The position numbers and the translations under genes were made by a program. From positions 192,568-256,567 of the forward strand of contig JANNXA010000040.1 of NCBI GenBank assembly GCA_031409275.1: 64,000 nt of DNA, given 5' to 3'. Source of the DNA: Planctomycetota bacterium. Its GTDB lineage: Bacteria; Planctomycetota; B15-G4; SIAN01. The notes below the pieces were generated by a model that had not been told where the DNA came from, did no database searches, and was given only the letters and a program-made list of their open reading frames with translations. Within the stretch, counting starts at the first letter, position 1; each line of letters starts with the position of its first letter. Positions 57,593-64,000 of the stretch are shown piece after piece.

Positions 57593-57760
57593 GATGGCGC
57601 CGCAGCGTAGCCACCGCACCACGCCGTGCCGCGAACGCACGCTGGGGCCCTGCTCCCAACCCGATGGGAAGTGGCCACCGCGCGGGGTGATCGCCACCGC
57701 GTGGTCGAGTGCGCGCGCCGTTTGCTCTGCCCCCGCATCACGATCGAGGGAGGAACCGCC

Positions 57761-58204
57761 ATGCGCGTGCGCGACTTGATGACCTGTCCGGTGCAGACCA
57801 TCGCCCCCGGAGCGACCGTCGAAGCGGCGCGCGAGCGGATGCGGGGCCGCGACCTCCACCACCTCGTCGTGGTGCGCCACGGCGAGCCGTGCGGCGTCCT
57901 CTCGGCGCGCGACCTCGGCGGACGCGGCGGTGGCGCGATGCGACGGAAGACGACCGTCGAAGCGCAGATGACGCCGCTCGCCGTCACGGTCACGTCCAAC
58001 ACCACCGTTCGTCAGGCGGCGAGCCTGATGCGCGGCCGTGGCATCGGCTGCCTGCCCGTGGTCGATGACGAACGGCTCGTCGGCATCGTGACGATCAGCG
58101 ACCTGCTCGGGTTGCTGGCTGCGGGTCTCGGCGTCTCCACCACGACCGAGCGGCGGCTGCGCACGCAGCGGCTACGCAAGCGCAAGGTCGCAGCGAGCCG
58201 CTAA
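57761..58204 (+). CDS. CBS domain protein
   Basis: VRDLMT, HLVVV, GVLS.RD, CLPVVD...LVGIVT.SD; GGAGGA RBS. Confidence 0.9.
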   Translation: MRVRDLMTCPVQTIAPGATVEAARERMRGRDLHHLVVVRHGEPCGVLSARDLGGRGGGAMRRKTTVEAQMTPLAVTVTSNTTVRQAASLMRGRGIGCLPVVDDERLVGIVTISDLLGLLAAGLGVSTTTERRLRTQRLRKRKVAASR

Positions 58205-58232
58205 GCGCGGGGGCGCCGCTTTGCGCCGGCAC

Positions 58233-58661
58233 TCACCGCTTCTGGTGGTCGTCGCGCACGTAGCTGTGGCAGGAGAAGCACTGGCCGACGAGGTCGACGA
58301 AGGCGAGCTGCGCGCGCTCCAGCTTCTCGTCACGCGCGGCACGCGACAGTTCGGCGATGGTGCGCCGCAGCGTCGCGCTGCGCTCGAGGTACTCGGGGGT
58401 GCCGAGCACGTTCCATTGTTCATCCAGGCACAAAAGCCCGAGCTTGTCGGCGTGGCGCGACGCCGCCTTCAAGTCGCCCGTCGACAGCTCCGCCATCAAT
58501 CCCTGCGTGTGTTCGAGCTTGCGCTGCATGAACTCGGCGCGCGGCACCCGCGGCGACGGCGTGTCGGGCACCCCTTGCCACGCGACCCCCGCACTCGCGA
58601 GTACGGCAACCGCGGCCAACGCAGTGGCAGCAGCCAAGGAGAGCTTCGATCGATGCGGCAT
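58233..58661 (-). CDS. Small class II-like c-type cytochrome
   Basis: Signal peptide, helical body with FMQRKL, C-terminal heme motif CFSCH; GGAGGA RBS. Confidence 0.78.
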   Translation of the reverse strand: MPHRSKLSLAAATALAAVAVLASAGVAWQGVPDTPSPRVPRAEFMQRKLEHTQGLMAELSTGDLKAASRHADKLGLLCLDEQWNVLGTPEYLERSATLRRTIAELSRAARDEKLERAQLAFVDLVGQCFSCHSYVRDDHQKR

Positions 58662-58714
58662 GGGCGGGTCCTCCGGCGGTGAGCATGCAACCGGCGCGCC
58701 ACCGCCGCATCGCT

Positions 58715-59539
58715 TCATCCCGCCCCGCCGCTCTTGCGCAGCGTGCGCGTCGCGTGGTTCACGATCCAGGCGGTCTCGCGAGTGGGCGATTCGCGGCGCC
58801 AGCGCGAGGTGAGTTGCACCACCCACTGCGGCTGCGTCTTGCTGGCGTCGTTCAGCCAATTGGCGACCGCACGGCGCACGTAGTCGCTCGGATCGGAACG
58901 GCACGCTTCAAGCAGCGGCAGGCCGGGCGCCGGGTCGCGCTTCAGCGCCTCGAGGTGCTGGGTCCAGACGCCGCGCGGCCGGCTGCTCTCCACGGCGCAG
59001 CGGCGGACGTTGGGATCGGCGTCGCGCGCCCACGCCTCGAGCAGCGCGAGGCCACGCACCAGCTCCTGCGCGAGCGCCGGCCGATAGCTGTCCCAGGCGC
59101 ATTCGCGCACCGACATCGCGCCATCCGCGGCGAAGGGGCGAGCGGCCAGCAGGCGTGCGGCGAAGTCGAGGGTGACGTCGGCCGCCGCGGCATAGCACGC
59201 CAACGAGCGCACCATGTCGGAGCGATGCGTCGCCAGCGCGGCGAAGGAGCGGCGACTTGCCGCGGCCGGCAACTCCGCGAGCCAGCCGTGCAGGTCGCTG
59301 CCGGTGCCGCGCATCCGCTGCATGATCCCTTCGCTCGCGCGCCCCTTCGCGGTCGCGACGGCTCGAGCGACGAGCGGCGCCGGGAAGCCCGCGTCGGGCA
59401 GCGCATGGCGCAGCAGCGTCGGCGCATCGATGGCAAGCCACTCGACGAGGTTGCGCGTCGGCTCGTGCCCTTCGTTCAGCGCGCGCCGGATCGCCGGCGC
59501 GATCTCCGCCATCGTGCGCGCGCCCTTGCGCTCGCTCAT
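58715..59539 (-). CDS. DNA alkylation repair protein (AlkC/AlkD-like HEAT fold)
   Basis: T.NLVEWLAID, FAAD...VRE.AW, NVRR.A.E.SRPRGVW..H, DPSDYVRRAVANWLNDASK. Confidence 0.82.
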   Translation of the reverse strand: MSERKGARTMAEIAPAIRRALNEGHEPTRNLVEWLAIDAPTLLRHALPDAGFPAPLVARAVATAKGRASEGIMQRMRGTGSDLHGWLAELPAAASRRSFAALATHRSDMVRSLACYAAAADVTLDFAARLLAARPFAADGAMSVRECAWDSYRPALAQELVRGLALLEAWARDADPNVRRCAVESSRPRGVWTQHLEALKRDPAPGLPLLEACRSDPSDYVRRAVANWLNDASKTQPQWVVQLTSRWRRESPTRETAWIVNHATRTLRKSGGAG

Positions 59540-59541
59540 CG

Positions 59542-60591
59542 TCAGGAGACGTGCACGCGCTGGCTGGTCGCCTCGACGACCCGCCCGATCCGGTGGACCG
59601 GCACATCGCGCCGACGCAGCTCCGCTTCAAGCCGCGGCGCGCGGTCGGCCGGCAGCGAGATCAGCAGGCCGCCGGAGGTCTCCGCGTCGAAGAGCAGATC
59701 GGCCAAGGCGCGATCGACGTTGCGACCGAAGCCGACCTCCGCGCCGAGGAAATCGCGCGTGCGCGCCGAGCCACCCGAGAGGATCCCCTTCGCGGCGAGG
59801 TCGAGCGCGCCCGGGAAGATCGGCAACTGACTGGCTTCGATCTCGAGCGTCACCTTGCTCTGTCGCGCCACCGACGCCGAGTGGCCGAGGAAGCCAAATC
59901 CGGTGATGTCGGTCGCGGCATTCGGGCCGGCGGCGAGCATCGCTTCGGCGGCCGCCTTGTTCAGCGTCCCCATCACTCGACACGCGGCTTCGACGATCTC
60001 GGGCGCCACCTTGTCTTTCTTCGCGCCCGTCGTGATCGACCCCATGCCGAGCGGCTTGGTGAGGTAGAGGAGGTCGCCCACCTTGGCGCCGGAGTTGGGC
60101 ACGATGTTCACGGGATCGATGCGACCGGTCACGGCCATGCCGAACTTGATCTCGACGTCGATCACGGAGTGGCCGCCCAGGACGACCGCGCCCGCCTCGC
60201 GCACGACTTCGGCCGCGCCTTCGAGGATCTCGCGCAGGACTTCGAGCGGCACCTCGTCCTTCGGGAAGCAGACGATCTGCAGCACGGTCAGCGGGACGCC
60301 GCCCTTCGCGTAGACGTCGGAAAGCGAGTTGGCAGCGGCGATGCGGCCGTAGTGGCGCGGATCGTCGACGACCGGCGGGAAGAAGTCGACCGTCTGCACC
60401 AGCGCGAGCCCGGGCGCGATGAGGAACACGCCAGCGTCGTCGTACCCCTCGGGTCCGAGGAGGACAGCGTCGTTGGTCGGGATGTCGAGTCCGGAAAGGA
60501 CCTGAACCAGGTCCTTGGGCGATAGCTTCGCCGCTCAGCCGGCGCAGCTCGACCAATCGGTCAGCTTCAACGTTTTCTTCTTCTTAAACAC
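59542..60591 (-). CDS. selD: Selenide, water dikinase (selenophosphate synthetase); selenoprotein with Sec at codon 19
   Basis: GTG 60591: MFKKKKTLKLTDWSSCAG-[TGA 60535-37]-AAKLSP...DDAGVF...QTVDFF..VVDDP..YG.IAAANSLSDVYA.GG...GGHS...TKPLG...TDITGFG...DAETSGGLL, all in one frame. Confidence 0.93.
60496..60516 (-). promoter_or_regulatory. Bacterial SECIS element of selD
   Basis: Perfect 9-bp hairpin AAGGACCTG-GTT-CAGGTCCTT starting 18 nt after the in-frame UGA, with GU in the apical loop. Confidence 0.75.
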
Positions 60592-60602
60592 TTCAAGCCT
60601 CT

Positions 60603-62003
60603 TCAGTGGCTCAGCGCGGCCGCGGCACGCAACGCCGCGGCGACCGAGGAGTCTTCGGATGGAAAGATCGTCCGCAGGTCGAGCCAGACGCGCCCGTCCT
60701 GCACTCGCGTGAAGACGCGCGACGGCCCGATGCGCAGCTTCCTCGCCAGTTGATCGGCTGCGCCACCCGGCGCGAGGAGCGCCACGGCGACGGAATCGAA
60801 TTCGCGGCCAGGCACCGAGCCGCTCCCCACCTGGGCGTGCGAATCGACGACGGTCGCAAACGGCGCCGCGAGCCCGGCCGCGGTGATCAAGGCACTGGCG
60901 CGGGCGCGCAGAGCATCGAACGGCGCCGCCATCATCGCGTAGAAGGGCAGCGTCATCGGCAGCTCGCCAGCGCCGGCCTTGCGCCACTCGATCAGCGTCG
61001 CCTCGAGCGCAGCCAGCGTGAGCTTGTCGGGTCGCAGCGCGCGGAACATCGGCTCGCGGCGCAGCTTGAGGATCGCCTCCTTGCGGCCGACCAGGATCCC
61101 GCACTGCGGACCGCCGAGCATCTTGTCGCCGCTGAAGGTGACGACGTCGAAGCCGGCCGCCACCGCCTCCTCCACGATCGGTTCGTCATGGAACGGCAGC
61201 TGCGGGAAGCGGCGCAGCAGCCCCGAGCCGAGGTCGGCGGCGACCGCCACCTTCTTCTCGCGGCCGACGGCGACGAGCTCCTCGAAGGTGGGCCGCTCCG
61301 TGAAGCCGACGATGCGGAAGTTGCTGGTGTGAACGTGCAGCAGCAGGCCGGTCTGGGGCGTGACCGCGGCGGCGTAGTCGGCCGCGCGCGTGCGATTGGT
61401 GCAACCGACTTCGACCATGCAGGCGCCGCTTTGCGCCATCACCTCGGGCACTCGAAACGCCCCGCCGATCTCGACGAGTTCGCCGCGCGAGACGACCCCT
61501 TCCTTGCCGTAAGCGAGGCCGCGCAGCAGCAGCACCACCGCGGCGGCGTTGTTGTTGACGACGGTCGCCTCTTCGGCGCCGGTCAGCTCGCACAGCAGGT
61601 CGCGCACGAACAGCTCGCGACGACCGCGCTCGCCGCTCTCGGGATCGACCTCCACCAGTCCGTAACGGGCGATCCGCGTCAGCGCAGCGGCGGCGGAGTC
61701 GCACAGCGGCGCCCTCCCAAGCCCGGTATGCAGCAGCACTCCGGTCGCGTTGACGACGGAAGCGTGGCGTGGCTCCACCAACGCCGCGAGGCAGGCGGCC
61801 AGATCGCGCTGGAAGGCGCCCTCCTCGAAGTGGCGTTTGGCGCCGCCGGGAGGTGGCGGATCGGTGCGCCATTGCGCTCGCAGCTGGTCGGTCAGCTGGC
61901 GCAAGGCGGTCCGCAGCAGCGGGCGCGGCGCGTCAGCGTAGGCCGCGCCAAACTGCTGCAGCAGTCGATCGACGGGAGGGATGTCGCGCAGCTCGACGCT
62001 CAC
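60603..62003 (-). CDS. selA: L-seryl-tRNA(Sec) selenium transferase
   Basis: VNATGVLLHT.LGRAPL, VVNNNAAA, SRGELVEIGG.FR, EVG.TNRT, HTSNF, DLGSG, FSGDKMLGGPQ.G. Start at GTG 62003 after GGGAG. Confidence 0.95.
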   Translation of the reverse strand: MSVELRDIPPVDRLLQQFGAAYADAPRPLLRTALRQLTDQLRAQWRTDPPPPGGAKRHFEEGAFQRDLAACLAALVEPRHASVVNATGVLLHTGLGRAPLCDSAAAALTRIARYGLVEVDPESGERGRRELFVRDLLCELTGAEEATVVNNNAAAVVLLLRGLAYGKEGVVSRGELVEIGGAFRVPEVMAQSGACMVEVGCTNRTRAADYAAAVTPQTGLLLHVHTSNFRIVGFTERPTFEELVAVGREKKVAVAADLGSGLLRRFPQLPFHDEPIVEEAVAAGFDVVTFSGDKMLGGPQCGILVGRKEAILKLRREPMFRALRPDKLTLAALEATLIEWRKAGAGELPMTLPFYAMMAAPFDALRARASALITAAGLAAPFATVVDSHAQVGSGSVPGREFDSVAVALLAPGGAADQLARKLRIGPSRVFTRVQDGRVWLDLRTIFPSEDSSVAAALRAAAALSH

Positions 62004-62087
62004 CAGTCGCTCCCTGACGGTTTGACGGACTCGCACGGGCCCGCTTGACTCTCACGGCTTGTGCCGCGCAAGTGAGCGAGGATCTTA

Positions 62088-63824
62088 ATGCCCCCTTCGA
62101 GAGTCTGGTCGTTTCGCCGTACCGACCCGGACCTCGAACGCGAGTTCGAGCAGCGCCTGAACCTCTCGCCGCTTGCCGCTCGCGTCCTGGCGACGCGCGG
62201 CATCGCGTCGAGCAGCGCCGGGCGCACCTTTCTCGATGCGAGCCTGAAGGACCTTTCGGCCCCGACCGACCTCGGCGGAACCACCATCGCGGTCGAGCGC
62301 CTCCACCGCGCGCTCGCGCAACGCGAGAAGATCTTGGTGTTCGGCGATTCCGACGTCGACGGCCTCACCGGCGCGAGCCTGCTGGCGCGGATGCTGAAGG
62401 CGCTCGGCGCCGACGTGGACGTGCACGTGGCCGAGCGCACCATCGACGGCTACGGCCTCTCGCCCGCCGGCGAGGCCGCGGTCCGCCGCCGGACGCCGGC
62501 GATCCTCATCACCGTCGACCACGGCGTCACCGCGCATGCGGCAGTCGGCCGGCTCCAGCAGTCCGGCATCGATGTGATCGTCACCGATCACCACCAGAAG
62601 CCCGAGCAGTTGCCGCCCGGCCTCGCGGTCCTGAACCCGCTGTTCCTCGATCCATCCCATCCGGCCGCGAAGCTCTCGGGCGCGGGCGTCGCCTTCAAGC
62701 TCGCTTGCGGTCTTTTCGAGACGCTCTCGGCGCAGAAGAAACAGGATCCGCGACTGCGCCAGACGCTGCGCGAGGGGCTCGCTTTCGCCGCGCTTGGCAC
62801 GGTGGCCGACGTCGTCTCATTGACCGGCGAGAACCGCCTGCTGGTGCGCCACGGATTGAAGCAGTTGGCGCAGACGACGGTGCCCGGGCTGCAGGCGCTG
62901 CGCACCTTCGCGCGCCTCGATGGACGCGAGATCGACGCCGAAGATGTCTCCTTCGGCTTCGCGCCGCGCATCAACGCCGCCGGCCGCATGGGACAGGTCG
63001 ACCTCGCGCGCCGCCTGCTGCTCACCGACTTGCCAGCCGAAGCGAAGCAGCTCGCCGCGGACCTCGATCGCCTGAACCAGGAACGGCGCGGACTCGAAGC
63101 GCGCGTCTTCCAGCGCGCGCAGCTCAAGCTCAAGGAGTGGCCGGAAGAGGCCGCGATGGTCGTCCTGTCGGACCCTGAATTCCACGCGGGTGTGATCGGC
63201 ATCGTCGCCGCGAAGCTCGTCTCGCAGACCGGCAAGCCCGTGCTGTTGATCGCGACCGACGGCACGACGGCGCGCGGCTCGGGCCGCAGCGTGCCGGGCT
63301 TCGACCTCGCCGGCGCGCTCCATCTGGCGCGCGAATGCACGCGCAGCTGCGGTGGCCACGCCATGGCGGCCGGCCTCGAGATGGACCCAGCGCGCGTCCA
63401 CGAGCTCGCTGACCTGATGGCGCAGATCGCGCGCGATCGGATGGAGGCGCCGCCGCCCGCGACCCTCGAGCTCGACGGCGAGGCGATGCTGCACCAGATC
63501 ACCTTCCCGCTGGTCCAGGAGCTGCGTCAGCTCGGTCCCTTCGGGCAGGGACACCCGCAGCCGCTCTTCGCCGCCAGCGGGGTCGAGCTCGCCGCGCCAC
63601 CGCGCCGCGTCGGCGTCGACGGCGGCCATCTGCAGCTCAAGCTCAAGAACGGCCCGCACGTGATGGCCGGCATCGCCTTCGGCCAAGGCGCACGCGCCGA
63701 CGAGATCGCCGGCCGCAAGGTCGCGGTCGCCTTCACTCCGCGCCCCTCCACCTTCGCGGGCAACCACGGCGTCGAGCTGCAGATCGCCGACGTCAAACCC
63801 GACCCGGGGCCAGGCCGGCACTGA
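62088..63824 (+). CDS. recJ: Single-stranded-DNA-specific exonuclease
   Basis: GDSDVDG, GYGL, TVDHG, TDHH, LSGAGVAFK, GTVADV, PRINAAGRM, RGSGRS, GGHAMAAG, PFGQG. Confidence 0.95.
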   Translation: MPPSRVWSFRRTDPDLEREFEQRLNLSPLAARVLATRGIASSSAGRTFLDASLKDLSAPTDLGGTTIAVERLHRALAQREKILVFGDSDVDGLTGASLLARMLKALGADVDVHVAERTIDGYGLSPAGEAAVRRRTPAILITVDHGVTAHAAVGRLQQSGIDVIVTDHHQKPEQLPPGLAVLNPLFLDPSHPAAKLSGAGVAFKLACGLFETLSAQKKQDPRLRQTLREGLAFAALGTVADVVSLTGENRLLVRHGLKQLAQTTVPGLQALRTFARLDGREIDAEDVSFGFAPRINAAGRMGQVDLARRLLLTDLPAEAKQLAADLDRLNQERRGLEARVFQRAQLKLKEWPEEAAMVVLSDPEFHAGVIGIVAAKLVSQTGKPVLLIATDGTTARGSGRSVPGFDLAGALHLARECTRSCGGHAMAAGLEMDPARVHELADLMAQIARDRMEAPPPATLELDGEAMLHQITFPLVQELRQLGPFGQGHPQPLFAASGVELAAPPRRVGVDGGHLQLKLKNGPHVMAGIAFGQGARADEIAGRKVAVAFTPRPSTFAGNHGVELQIADVKPDPGPGRH

Positions 63825-64000
63825 GTCGCGCCGTTCGAAGCGTCCCGAAGCTGTGTCCGAAAGGACACTGCGATGGGCGCTTCGACGCCGCAGATGGCGC
63901 CCCGCCGCAAGTCGCCTAGATACGCACCTCGACTTAGTCAGCTGGCACGAGCCCGGTGACGTGCGAGAGATCGTAAGGTCACACGGATGGACTCAAGTCC

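Noticed and set aside
31926..57610. Very long alternative-frame ORFs (e.g. 31926-34430 +, 38423-40597 +, 52894-55383 +, 54326-57610 +)
   Set aside because: Antisense or shadow frames of well-supported genes. They are Arg/Ala-rich with no motifs, as expected in high-GC DNA.
49070..58204. Intact integrative element or prophage at tRNA-Arg(TCT)
   Set aside because: No integrase, transposase or phage genes, and no attR duplication of the tRNA 3' end was found.
1..60591. Selenoneine-type (SenA/SenB/SenC) cluster assembled from the FGE-domain gene, glycosyltransferases and selD
   Set aside because: The genes are tens of kb apart. The FGE protein appears secreted and lacks a DinB-like N-domain, and selD sits with selA.
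63943..63958. TGGCACG as a second sigma-54 promoter
   Set aside because: The -12 position reads GT instead of GC and lacks TTGC. The downstream context is outside the window.

Overview
GC-rich bacterial chromosome segment, most likely Planctomycetota/PVC: it carries the PVC 'small basic protein' signature gene, ribH-nusB-ftsY synteny, and many HEAT/TPR/FG-GAP proteins. Housekeeping genes dominate (ribD, miaB, mnmA, yajC, thiI plus a cysteine desulfurase, der, queE, ribH, nusB, ftsY, purD, recJ, two tRNA-Arg), interleaved with many uncharacterised secreted or envelope proteins. Main points of interest: (1) an apparently unannotated ~175-nt structured transcript with a near-consensus sigma-54 promoter, an AT-rich upstream block and an intrinsic terminator, convergent on tRNA-Sec, which is a candidate GGA-rich Csr/Rsm-type sRNA; (2) selenocysteine machinery (selC, selA, selD) in which SelD is itself a selenoprotein, with an in-frame UGA and SECIS hairpin that the ORF track splits; (3) a microcompartment satellite locus of three EutN/CcmL pentamer genes plus a class II aldolase; (4) a similar C-terminal domain on two large secreted proteins and on a gene remnant behind tRNA-Arg, possibly a sorting signal; (5) a Zn-ribbon/HEAT trans-envelope gene trio and a single-module Clp-like ATPase. 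I saw no integrase, transposase, prophage or CRISPR array. All calls come from manual motif reading; no database searches were run.
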